NCBI GenBank assembly: GCA_965603825.1
Contig: CBFDEM010000063.1
Location: 124,001-188,000 of the forward strand
Length of the DNA stretch: 64,000 nt
Direction: 5' to 3'
From: Blepharisma stoltei ATCC 30299
Lineage: Eukaryota; Protista; Ciliophora
Part shown: one piece after another, positions 12,062-23,533 of the stretch
How positions within the stretch are numbered: the first letter of the stretch is position 1
Layout: every line of letters starts with the position of its first letter
Program-made: the position numbers and the translations under genes
The notes under the pieces: model-generated
The model's database searches: none
Seen by the model: only the letters and a program-made list of their open reading frames with translations
What the model was told of the DNA's origin: nothing

Positions 12062-14542
12062 TTATCCTTGGCTAACCAAATTTGGCTCATACCATTTCCA
12101 GCCTTTCAGAGCACCATTATCATATGCTACCAAAATCAAAGTGCCGTCTGCATAGGTGAACACTCCATTGTCATGATATTTATCATCAAGAAATCCACCT
12201 TCATAAACGATGCAGTCTTTATATAAAGTTTTAATTCCAGTAAACTGGTACCAGCAGCTATCTCCAGTAATAAACCTCCCTTTTCCATTCTTTTTATCAT
12301 TTGCCCAATATCCCTCATATAGTCTATTATCATGATAATTCATGACTCCATACCCATTTTTCGTGCTATTTACAAACCACCCAGTAAATTCATCTCCATT
12401 GGAATATTTATAATTCCCCTGCCCATGAATGGTATTATTTTTCCATTCTCCCTTATAACTTTCATTATTTTCATAAGAAATAAATCCATATCCATGCTTA
12501 GCATCATCAAAAAAATCTCCTTCATAAATTGTTCCATTTTCATTGGAAAATCCTTTACCATTTCTTTTATCTGACTTTCAGTAGCCTTTATAAGTATTTC
12601 CATTAGAATATAGATAGATTCCAAATCCGTCTTTAAATCCATCTTTAAACTCTCCAAAATAATTGTCATTGTTTGCCAAGGTTAAGTTTCCTTTATTATG
12701 CATTTTGCTTCCTTTCCATTCTCCTTCATAAATATCTCCATTAGAAAATAATAATTTTCCAAATCCGTCTTTTAAGCCAAATTTAAACTCGCCTACATAG
12801 AAATCTCCACTATCATATGTGAGGTTCCCTTTCCAATAAGGTTTACACAAATTAGCATTAGTTTCTTTACAGATTGAGGCAAGATTTATAAAATCATCCA
12901 CAAATTCTGCAAGAACTGAGGTTCCGTTTGAGTAAAAAATTTTTCCGGTGCCTTTCTTTTTGCCTTTTTCCCAATATCCTTCAAATTTCTCACCTTGGGT
13001 ATCAAAAAAGCTTCCAAATCCATCAAGCAGCTCATCTTTAAAATCACCTTCTAAAATTTCACCATTAGCTTTTACTATTTTCCCTTTTCCTTCAAATTTG
13101 TCATTTTTCCATTCTCCTATATATTTATCGCCATTTGACTTATTAAACTCCCCATTTCCATGCTTCAGACCGTCTTTAAAATCGCCTTCATAGTAATCTC
13201 CTGATGAATAATTCATTTTTCCGCTGAAGTAAATTTTATCATTTTTCCATTCTCCGTCATAAATATCTCCATTAGAAAAATAGCAGATCCCTTTTCCATG
13301 TTTTTGGCTGTCTTTGAAATCGCCTATATAGGTTTCATTATCTGCTAATAAATATTTGCCTTTGTTGTAAAGTTTACCATAATTTCATATACCTTCATAT
13401 AAATCTCCATTAGAGGTATTAAATTTTCCTCTCCCATGCATTATGTCATCATAAAATTCTCCTGTAAAAGAATCGCCATTTTCCAAGGTAAGAATTCCTT
13501 TACCATTCCGTTTCCCATCCCACTCGCCTTCATATTTTTCTCCGCTTTTATATAAAATTGTTCCATTTTGAGATCTTTCATCATTTATGAAAAATCCTTC
13601 AAATGCATCTTGATTTTTAAATGTAAATCTCCCAAAGCCATCTTTCTTATCATTTCCCCATTCGCCTTCATATTTATACCCCTCTTCTAGGTGAATAAAA
13701 ACTCCAAAGCCATCTTTCAACCCATTTACAAACTTTCCTTCATAGCTGCTTTTATTTGTATAGGTCAAATTTCCATAGCCGTTTGGCTTATCGTCTAGTC
13801 ACGAGCCTTTATATATGCTTTTATCATTTTCATTCGAAAATATTCCAAACCCTTTTCTCAGTCCTTTTTCAAAGCTTCCATCATATTTACTGCCATTTTT
13901 AAAAACTAATACTCCTTTCCCATGCTGCAGCCCATTTTTAAGGTCTCCTTTATATACTCTCCCATCAGCGTAATTACAAGAAAATTGCCCAGTTGCTTTG
14001 TCATTTATAAAAATTCCTTCAAAAGTATCCCCATTATCAAAAACAAGGACTCCTTGCCCATCTTTGATACCATTCTTGAATTCACCTCTGTAGTAAATAT
14101 TTTTAGAATACTTTGCATGTCCTTCTTTTATATTTAAGGCTACAGGCACAGCTAATGCAGTTATTAAGACAACAACGAGCAATATTAAACTTTTGCCATG
14201 GCAGCTTTTATATGCTTTTACAAACTTTTCTTTATCAATGTTTATTTGATAATCCAAGCCTGCGTCGTAAGTTTCCTGGCCAATTTTATCATCATTTGGT
14301 ATGTAATTACATAAAAATCCTACAAGATTTGTTTTTGAGGCTGGGCTTTGTTGGGGAAAACTGATTTTTGGAGTCTCTTCTATAGTACTCATTTCCAGAT
14401 ATCTAGAGTCTGGATTAATCAGCGAAAGAGGTGGACAATTCAAATGGCGACAAACGTGGTCATGGCATACTAAAACATTGGATTCTGAGCTACAAATAAA
14501 TTTCGCTTCATTTGCGCACTCATCTAAAGCGCATTTGGACAT
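12062..14542 (-). CDS. MORN-repeat protein (826 aa) with N-terminal B-box-like motif and one transmembrane helix
   Basis: ATG 14542 (MSKCALDEC). ORFs join via TGA=Trp at 13799, 13385 and 12578, each at the conserved YxGxW position of a MORN repeat. TM helix LILLVVVLITALAVPVAL; ends TAA at 12062. Confidence 0.9.
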
Positions 14543-15449
14543 TTTTACTACAACAGAATGCATAAAAAAATAGCAGGATAATGCGCAACTCAATAGAAAT
14601 TTCTACAGCTGCAGAGGGAAAAGTCTTAAGCTAGTTTATTCTTTGATTAGTCTTTAAAATTATTGATTCTAATTAATCGCTGACTTTGGTTTTTTTTTAG
14701 CGTAGTATTAGTTCAACAAAATATCCACAAGGAATTAAATCAAATATATGAAGCGCAAAATTATCATAAATAATAACTAGAAGGCTGTGTTTGCTTATTT
14801 GATCGCTTAAGATCTTAAAAATAAAAAGAATTACTTATGAAGCAATCTCAGTGGAATAATAAAGCTTCTGGATACTTGTTAAAATAATGATTTTTATTTC
14901 AAATCGGTATAAAGGTTGATTCAAAATTTTATTACAAGACTATGGCAAGCTATTAATCTCACTTTATAAGGAATAAGTAATTTTTTTTGAGTCAACAAAA
15001 ACGAGTCAACCCATATAAATTCCGAAATATGTGCGGCTTTTGGCTTTGAGTTATGAAAGATAATCAACAAATAACTTTTATTTTCCCAAAAAGCTTACAA
15101 GTAATAATTTTAAAATTGATATTGTCATGGTTAGCATAGCAATATAAAATTAACATCAAAAATGATAGGCTTCACTTTTTATGCTAAGAGATATTACTAA
15201 ATGAGAACGACTCTTAGAAGAAAATAACTTATCGGGGTACGCATAAGGAAAAGTCAAATTCAAAGCCTTTCAGACAACTGATCTTTAATAACTGTAAAAT
15301 TAGGCAATATAATAAAAACGATTACATGGAAAATCGAAAATAAAGAAATAGAGAATAACTGTTAAAGCTTTGCAAATCGGAAAATTTATGATTTTATGAT
15401 AAATTTATAAATTTTTGCAATTATAAGAAAATGCAAAATTTTACATAAT

Positions 15450-16778
15450 TTATAGATTGCTATTTAGCTTCATAAGTTTCCATCTTAAATTCTTCAAATT
15501 CTGCTCATTAAGGTCTGAGTATTCTTTACTTGCCTTCTTTGAGATTTCACCTGATTTTGATTTTAGTCCCTTAAATTCTGGTTTCTTTATTATATATACA
15601 CTTTTCGACCGATTATCTGCACTTGTAAACCATTTATGCATGAGAGCATTTTCTGGGGTAATCCTGAGATCTGGCAAAGTGCAAGTGAGTTTTTTGACCA
15701 AGTCTATTCCTTGCTTAGAAACATCTCGTAAATTTTCATCATGGAAACAAATATTGCAGCTTCTGTTCTTCTCTAACACTTTTTGAGGAGTGGACCCATG
15801 AAATGGCATTTTTCCTGAAAGGAGTATATATATAATGATCCCTACGCTAAAAGTATCAATTTCAATCCCATATGGCTGTTTTCTTAACACCTCTGGAGCA
15901 ATATATCCAGGAGATCCACATCTCATTGTAGATTTCTCGCTGAATTCTGCCCCAAGGCCAAAGTCAGCAAGTTTAAAATCATAGTCATTGTCATGGGATT
16001 TTAGCAGGATATTTTCCAGTTTGATATCTCTATGGAGGATTTCTTTACTTTTCAAATAGTCAAGGACCCCAAGCATTTTTTTGCTGAATTTTTTCACAGT
16101 TTTTTCCGGTAAGGCTTTTTTTGCGATAATCCTATTAAAAAGGTCTCCTCCTTTTACATAATCAAGCACCAAATAGACATTTGAAAAACTCTCATAAACT
16201 TTGTATAAATTAACAATATTAGGGTGCTTAATTTTTCTCATAATCCTAATTTCTCTTACTAGCGAATCCAGACTTTTTGTAATTTTTTGTTTGGGAATAA
16301 CTTTAATTGCATACTCTTTTCCAGTCTTAATACAAGTCGCGGCATAAACATTTGAAAAAGCTCCATTCCCAATGATTTTTCCAAATGTAAAGCTATCTTT
16401 TATTCCAGTCATAATTCCGACTGATGACAAGCTTTCCAGCCAAATTTGTAACTCATTTTCACTATTAACATAAAAGTCTTTGGATTTTTCTTTATGGCCT
16501 AAGGTAAATCCATAGCGGGTAGATAGCTCATTTTCTTCTATGAATGGCTCAATAAGCTTCCATTCAACATTACTCATAACTTCAGGAGTTTTTGAAAGTT
16601 TATTCAGCCGAATTAAAAACTTCGCTGACAGTATGTATGAGTTTTCTTCTGTTACCCCTGCATTGTTTGATTCTTGTAAGAACCCTTGAAGGAGCACAGT
16701 GGTGTTTTCTTGGTTATAAGGTAGCCAGAAACTTGACGAGTTTTGAGCTAATTCATCAATACTTGCAAACACAGACAT
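15450..16778 (-). CDS. CAMK-group Ser/Thr kinase with PH-like N-terminus (442 aa)
   Basis: Uninterrupted ORF with GNGAFS, AIK, HRDIKLEN, DFG and APE motifs. Confidence 0.92.
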   Translation of the reverse strand: MSVFASIDELAQNSSSFWLPYNQENTTVLLQGFLQESNNAGVTEENSYILSAKFLIRLNKLSKTPEVMSNVEWKLIEPFIEENELSTRYGFTLGHKEKSKDFYVNSENELQIWLESLSSVGIMTGIKDSFTFGKIIGNGAFSNVYAATCIKTGKEYAIKVIPKQKITKSLDSLVREIRIMRKIKHPNIVNLYKVYESFSNVYLVLDYVKGGDLFNRIIAKKALPEKTVKKFSKKMLGVLDYLKSKEILHRDIKLENILLKSHDNDYDFKLADFGLGAEFSEKSTMRCGSPGYIAPEVLRKQPYGIEIDTFSVGIIIYILLSGKMPFHGSTPQKVLEKNRSCNICFHDENLRDVSKQGIDLVKKLTCTLPDLRITPENALMHKWFTSADNRSKSVYIIKKPEFKGLKSKSGEISKKASKEYSDLNEQNLKNLRWKLMKLNSNL

Positions 16779-17416
16779 TAAAATATTATAATAAATATTG
16801 TTTTATTCGAATAAAAAAAAGCTATTCTTCAGATATAAAGCAATTAACTTCGAAATTTTTTATTTTGATTAATAATAAGAAATAGAATAAAAAACTATAA
16901 CTTCTTCATTTTGTTTTCTTTCTGAGAGTCTTTGAATATCTTTTAGATAGAATAATGATTTTAAAAACTTAATTATAAAATCACAACTTATACTGACCAT
17001 TTTTACATAAATTTTTTATCTAAAAGCTATTGGTCAGATTAATTATTTATTTAAATCAGTCATTAAATTATTTAAATTAGTCTTTCTTTCAAAAAGAATA
17101 TCTATGATCTCATATTTTTCCTAAAAAAATTTAGTTCCGCTTAAAAAATTCAATTCATATTGCACAATTAAATTTAATTTTATACCCCATTATATTTGAT
17201 ATTTTTTAATTCTATTATTGCCATTCTAATTAAGTTTAGCCCTTGATATATTTTTTTATTATTATTTGATTAGAATTCATATAGAAAACAAAGTTATTAA
17301 ATTTATGAATCCATATAGAAACAATAAAATTATTAGATTTATGCATAGAGATTATTTATTCAAGCTATAAAAGCTTTTATGAATGACATTTTACTATAAA
17401 GCATAATTAAGTATAA

Positions 17417-18913
17417 TTAAATTTTTTTGGTATCTTTTTTCTCATCCGTCGGGATTTCTACTGCATTTTTTATATATATATGATTGTGTGCTGGGATATT
17501 TCTTGTTGAAAATTCAGTTGGGTTATCGCCTTTTGTATTATTGAGAAAGCAGCTCATACGCCTTGTTGTAAAATCAACTTGGCTTTCACCTCTTCCACCA
17601 TTAGCTAAGCAGCTGGATCGTCTTTGCCTTGACATTTCTTGGAGAACCACTTGTGTAGGCTTCGGTGAAGCAGAGGCAGCATTAAAAATATTCGCTGCAG
17701 ATGAAGTTTTACGAAGAGAGATTTTTACATCTTCACAATGTTTTAAAAACCACTCATGCTCAAGAGCTTCTTTTGCAGTTGGCCTAATTTTTGGTTGAGA
17801 TCTTGTTAAATATAATACTGCATTAATTGCTTGTCTTGATATATTTTTCCAATATTCATCGTAAAATAATATTGTGCAGTCTCGGTTTTTAATTAAAGTT
17901 TCCCTAGGATTTTTCCCAGCAAAAGGAGCTCGGCCTGACAAAATTATATATAAAACAACTCCAACACTAAAAACGTCAACTTTTGAGCCATAAGGCTTCT
18001 TTTTTAAGATTTCTGGGGCTACATATCCAGGCGACCCACAATTTTGGGTTAGTTCAATATTTGTGAGGCTTGCAAGCCCAAAATCAGTTATCTTGATTTT
18101 ATTGTCGTTGTCATCTGACATCATTAGAATGTTTTCTAGCTTGATATCTCTATGTGCTATGTTTTTGGAATCCAAGTACTCCAAAACTTTTAAAATGTTT
18201 TTTATTAATTTAGCTGCCTTTTCTTCCGAAAAAGGACCTTTATTTAAAATCCTGTGGAGCAAGTCACCGCCTGGTGCATAATCAAGAACCAAATGAATAT
18301 GATGTGGGCTTTCATAAACTTTGTGCAGCTTGGTAATAGCCGGATGATTGAGATTTCTTAATATATCTATTTCGTTCACCAAGGCCATAAAATTGCTTTT
18401 GGATTGAATCAAAGCCTTTTGAATTGATTTTATGGCATATTCTTGGCTATTCTCGACGTCAACAGCTAAATACACATGTGCGAAACTTCCAGTCCCCAGA
18501 ACTTTTTTAAAAGTATAGTCATTTTTAATGTCAGTCATTATACCAATTTTGGATAAATGAATAAGCCACTGGTCAAGTTCTTCTGAAGACTTTGTGTAAA
18601 AGTGTCTGCAGATGTCTCCTTGACTGATTCGAAAACCATATTTTTGCTCGCTATTACCCTCTTCTACGAAAGGCTCAATAATTTTCCATTTCAAAGATGA
18701 AGACTTTTTGAAGGGCGAGCTCTCATTTTTTGACCTGAGTAATGAAAATTGAGACAGACAGAAAAATCTCTCTTTAAGTTTCTCTGTTGATGTAAGTTCA
18801 ATTAAAGTACCTTTAATATGAACACTTGATTTAGTAGGGTTGCTTGGCTTTTCTAAGCTATTTCAAAAGCTGGGCTCTTCTTGTTGATCTACTGAAGCAA
18901 ACATTGATAACAT
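17417..18913 (-). CDS. CAMK-group Ser/Thr kinase with PH-like N-terminus (498 aa)
   Basis: ATG 18913 (MLSMFASVDQQEEPSF-W); TGA at 18863-18865 aligns with TGG Trp (SSSFW) in the 16778 paralogue; full kinase motifs. Confidence 0.9.
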
Positions 18914-19782
18914 TTTATTATTTACTAATTATTAAGCTCGGACTTCATTTCCTAAAACTCATAGCCATTATTTTCAGGCTCAATGTGAATATTTTTTTAA
19001 TTAAAGGTTACAAGTAAAAATTTAATAGGTATTTTAGACCTAGGAACGAAGAGATTTTTATAATTGAGAATAATGAGGAAATAATAATATATAATTTTTG
19101 TATTTTCAATGATAAAATTTGAAATTTTGCAGTAGTTAACTTAAAAAAATTAAAAAATTCTGACCAACTGGAAAAGGCTAGTTATTAAAATACTTGAAAA
19201 AAAGCTCATAATTTAAATTATTAGTCAACAAGCATCTCTCTTAAAAGATATTAATTTTGAAAATATTAACCAGTTAAAATAAGTTAAATAAATTTTGCAT
19301 TTTACATAAAAAATCTTTATAATCGAGTTATAAGTTTATAGTTACGAAGTCCCTTTTATCATATACCTATCAGAAAATGGCTTTTATCATTTAATCATAA
19401 AAGCTAAAAATCCAGGAAATTAAATTTGAATTTAATAATTAAGATACATAGTGGATTATTTCATTTCTATCCAAAAAATTTAAAAATATTATTGAAATCT
19501 TAATATTTTGCATTTAAATTCAAAATGTATATATGCCCTTATTTTTTGCTGGAAATAGATAATATAAAGTGATGGCATTTTTATCAGAGTCAATCTTAAG
19601 ATAATTTAATTTTAGAAAGTTTTCAAATGAAGAATTAGTGGATCATTATTTCCCTTAATATGAAGATATAAGACATATAAAATTTATAAATAAAAATTTC
19701 TTAATTATTATTGGCACAAAGAATAACTACAAGCATTATATGCAATCAAGCAAAGATGCTATATTTTGGGAATTTTTTTAAA

Positions 19783-20592
19783 ATGATTTTAGATTTTAAT
19801 TTGTGTTTTTATGATGAAGAGTTCAATTCATGACCGAGTTTACTACCAAAAATAAAGTTCAACTTACAGCAAGGCCTCTGTAATTGGCCCTGTAAAAAAG
19901 AGAAGAAAATATTAAAATAAAAATTCTTTTATAGCTCCACTGCAGCAAGAAAAATATTAGCTGCAGAAATGGTAGCTCAGCAGACCAAGAGCTACAAAGA
20001 TTTTGAGATATATAGGGATTATGGAGATTATGATGATTGCGAGTATTATGATAGCGATGAAAATTACCAAGATTATGAGGATTATGAATATTACTAAGAC
20101 TTTAAGAATCACAATGGCTAGGAAGAAAATGAAAAGTTTGAGGAATTTGAAGAGAAAATAAGGTCAAAGTTTACAAGGTTCTAAGTGAGATAATTTGTGG
20201 AAAGCAACTAACCATGGGAATGTTAAAGATAAAGATAAAGCTTATCTTAATGAGGCAGTAATTGAATAAAATTATGCGAATTGATTTGCATCGAAGCATA
20301 AAAATGCGAATGTTTAACCAGAAAAAGTTAGGACAATAGAGAAAAACGGCATATGGTCAATGAATAATTAGACAATGATAACGAAATAAATGTTAGAATT
20401 TGGAATGGATGAAGACATGAGTGCTTGCAGAAGGTTAAAGAATCTGCTAGCAAAAATGATAATAGAAAAAGTGATATTGAATAATTGTATAGTCGCGGAA
20501 TTGTAAAAGTCGTGCAATTTTTGATACTTGAACCCTTGAATATGTTTTGAAGGAATAGTGATAAAGAAGAAGATTGACCCTTTAAAAAGATA
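19783..20592 (+). pseudogene. Decayed coding sequence with a D/Y/E-rich tract
   Basis: Purine-rich, codon-like stretch (DYGDYDDCEYYDSDENYQDYEDYEYY*DF) with several in-frame TAA/TAG and at least one frameshift. Confidence 0.45.
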
Positions 20593-20752
20593 ATAAGCAT
20601 AATTATATTAATTTTTTGAAAATACCTCAATAGCAATATTACATTAATATTCTATTATCTTACATACTTTTTAAAAATAATAATTTCTATTAGCCTTTAA
20701 AGGTTTTTCACATTTTTATAATTTTTTAATCACAAAAGCTTTATTATTCACA

Positions 20753-21085
20753 ATGTCAAAATATGCAGTGCTAGTTGGAATGGCTCTTGTTTTTACTGCA
20801 GCAGCTGGCAAGGTCCTTATAAAAGGTGTCAGACAATATAAAATGAACAAAGCGGCTGGAACTCCTTTTGACTCTTCCAAAATCCAGATGTACATGGGAG
20901 CATTCAACTCACCAATGACACGTAGAGAAGCAGCCTTGATTTTAGGAGTAAGAGAAGGGAGTTCTGAAGAAGTTATTATTCAAGCTCACAAGCGTCTTAT
21001 GCTATTAAATCACCCTGATTATGGAGGCTCTACCTATGTGGCTATGAAAATTAATGAAGCTAAAGATTTACTTATATTAAAGTAA
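20753..21085 (+). CDS. PAM18: Mitochondrial import motor J-protein Pam18/Tim14 (DNAJC19-like)
   Basis: N-terminal TM helix followed by F..PMTRREAALILG...HKRLMLLNHPDYGGSTYVAMKINEAKDLL. Confidence 0.93.
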   Translation: MSKYAVLVGMALVFTAAAGKVLIKGVRQYKMNKAAGTPFDSSKIQMYMGAFNSPMTRREAALILGVREGSSEEVIIQAHKRLMLLNHPDYGGSTYVAMKINEAKDLLILK

Positions 21086-21759
21086 GCATGTGGATTTCAA
21101 TTAAAGGCAAATAAAAATGCAATTGCTAATACAAATTTTATTAATTATTTTGAGTATTTTTTATAATAAATAAAAATGCTTTTTTTGCTGTCTAATGTAT
21201 AGGCTATCGTATATTTAACTGATTCAATGCAATTGCTTGCTTAGTTTAGGGAAATGGATTGGATTCGGTGCGAAAAGTGATAAAGATTGATGGAAACTAA
21301 GTGCGAGTGTGCATAGATTCTATTCCAAATGATATATTTGATAAGTATGTGGAGATTTAAATAATTTTATTAATAATTATGGTAAAGATAAATATCATTT
21401 ATAGCAGCTCTGAAGCAGTAAAATCCAAACTGAAATTAATGAAAAAGAAAGTTTATAAGCAGATGAGTATTGAAAAAATATATTGATCCAATACAACTTG
21501 AAATGTTTAAGTTTTATAAATGAGTTAAACAAATGCTCACTATTTTTTAAAAATCAAATTTCATTCTTTTTAAAATTGAATAAAGAACATAAGCCATCAT
21601 TATAAACATTTTTATTTTAACTCTGAAATCAGTTAAATTTTTAGCTTCACCAAATAATAAATAATTTATTAAGAGTAGTAATTGGCGAACATAATAGATT
21701 GACGCCTTTTCAATTCTGGCATTTAATTGATTAAATGATATCATTGTAGTAATATTAAT

Positions 21760-22077
21760 ATGGCAGATTTTGACGAACCACTTTGCGGCTGTTTGCAAGA
21801 TATGTTCAGTTGCCTTATTGTATTTTGTGTCCCTTGCGGAGGAATTTGTATTCAAGCCTATTCAGTTGATAAAGCAACAAGTTCAGGGATGGTCTGTCCA
21901 TTTCTGTGGTCATGCTGCTTAGGATGCATTGGATCAGCTGTTAACCGTGGACAAATCAGACAGAAATACCACATAGAAGGGAGTTTTATAATGGATTGCC
22001 TCATTTCATGTTTCTGTGGGTGCTGTGCTGCCACTCAAGAATACAGGGAAGTCATGAATAGAGAAAGACCTAAATAA
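21760..22077 (+). CDS. PLAC8-family cysteine-rich protein
   Basis: LCGC..D...C...FCVPC, R.QIRQKYHIEGS...DCL...FC.CCA..QEYRE. Confidence 0.9.
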   Translation: MADFDEPLCGCLQDMFSCLIVFCVPCGGICIQAYSVDKATSSGMVCPFLWSCCLGCIGSAVNRGQIRQKYHIEGSFIMDCLISCFCGCCAATQEYREVMNRERPK

Positions 22078-22660
22078 AAGATAATATCTTAACCAATCAA
22101 CTTAATATAGATGATTCTTATTCAAAAACAGCTTATTGAAGTATTTATTTTTATATGGACTGATAAGTAAACAGACATGAAAATATAAAAACTCCAAAAA
22201 GGATTTATTGAGTCACCATAATAGGTAAATGGAAAATACTTGATTTATAGTAAAAGCATAAGAAAATTATTTTTAAATTGTTTAGAGCTGTATTTAACAT
22301 ATTTAGCCGTAAGTTTTGATAAATTTAATAGTTTTATATTTAGGCTAACCAATATAGCTTATATAATCCTAATCGCTTTGTAAAATTGCGAAGAAGCCAA
22401 TAAATTACTTTATTATATATTTCTTACATCCGCAACGGCTGATATATATAAAATAAATTTCTCAACAAGAGACATTTTTTATGATAAAAATATTTTCGCA
22501 ATTGAAGCCTAAACTATTTTAACTCTGTATTATCATTCTATCGCTAGATAATAAATCTATATAATAAGAAATTAATTTTCCCAAATCTCATATAGAAATA
22601 TCATAATCAATCTCCTCCCCTCAAGCCCAGCCTATAAAAATTAAAGATCCTACTTTTATT

Positions 22661-23488
22661 TTATTTTTTCTTGGAAGCATCCTTCCCTTTTCCTTTTTCT
22701 TTTCCTCCTCCATCACCTCCTCCTGCTCTACGCATCTCAATTTCTCTTCTTTTCTGTTCTTCCAAGTACAATCTTCTTTCTTCTTCTTGCTTTTGCCTCT
22801 CTTTTTGTTTAAACTCCATTTCTTCCAATTTTTGCTTGATATTTACTCCATCATCATCAAAGAATTTTCCTGTCAAAAGTTTATACCTCATTTCTTTTTC
22901 TTCTTGTTTCGCAATATGTGTAGGCTTTTTGTTCTTTTCAGACCCTCTGATTAAAGCCGTGTATTTTGTGAGCTCGAAATCTCTGAAATAATTTAGTCTG
23001 GCTCTATAATTCCCAGATCCACGCTCAACCATACGGACATCTTTGACTAGAGGTGAATACAAAGGTATAAACTGCTCGAGCTGCGTATGTGAGGCAATCC
23101 CAATAACATTTAATGAATTTGACAAAGAGTTTCTTCTTCTTCTCGATGTGCAGACCCCTACAAATGACGAATGCTGCTTCCCTGATAGCGAATAATAATT
23201 TTGTACCTCAATTAAATCCCCTGTCCTGATTTCGTCGTATTTTTTTGTTTTTTTAATCTCCTGTAAATACTCGTTTTCCAGCGCCTGGACTAGGCCTTTT
23301 CCTTCAAGTTTTGTATATTTCGGCATTTTTGGAGGCCAGTTGTAGTTAGGATCATCCCATTTTTCTTGCCTTTTCCATAGCTGCTTGTCCTTGGGGATGA
23401 AATTTTCAATGTAATTGGTTTTGTCAAAGGGACTTCGCAGAGGAACCCATCGGTGAATGATGGTGCGAAAAGATGCAGAAGAAAGCAT
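22661..23488 (-). CDS. MRPL19: Mitochondrial ribosomal protein bL19m
   Basis: IRTGDLIEV...FVGVC..RR...EQFIPLYSPLVKDV.....RARLNYFRD; N-terminus resembles a mitochondrial presequence. Confidence 0.8.
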   Translation of the reverse strand: MLSSASFRTIIHRWVPLRSPFDKTNYIENFIPKDKQLWKRQEKWDDPNYNWPPKMPKYTKLEGKGLVQALENEYLQEIKKTKKYDEIRTGDLIEVQNYYSLSGKQHSSFVGVCTSRRRRNSLSNSLNVIGIASHTQLEQFIPLYSPLVKDVRMVERGSGNYRARLNYFRDFELTKYTALIRGSEKNKKPTHIAKQEEKEMRYKLLTGKFFDDDGVNIKQKLEEMEFKQKERQKQEEERRLYLEEQKRREIEMRRAGGGDGGGKEKGKGKDASKKK

Positions 23489-23533
23489 ATTTATATGATA
23501 AAAATGTCTAGTGATTAATAAATTAATTGGGCT

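Noticed and set aside
21250-21500. Purine-rich, slightly coding-like stretch (also 43135-43400)
   Set aside because: No sustained open frame or recognisable motif even with UGA=Trp; not supportable.
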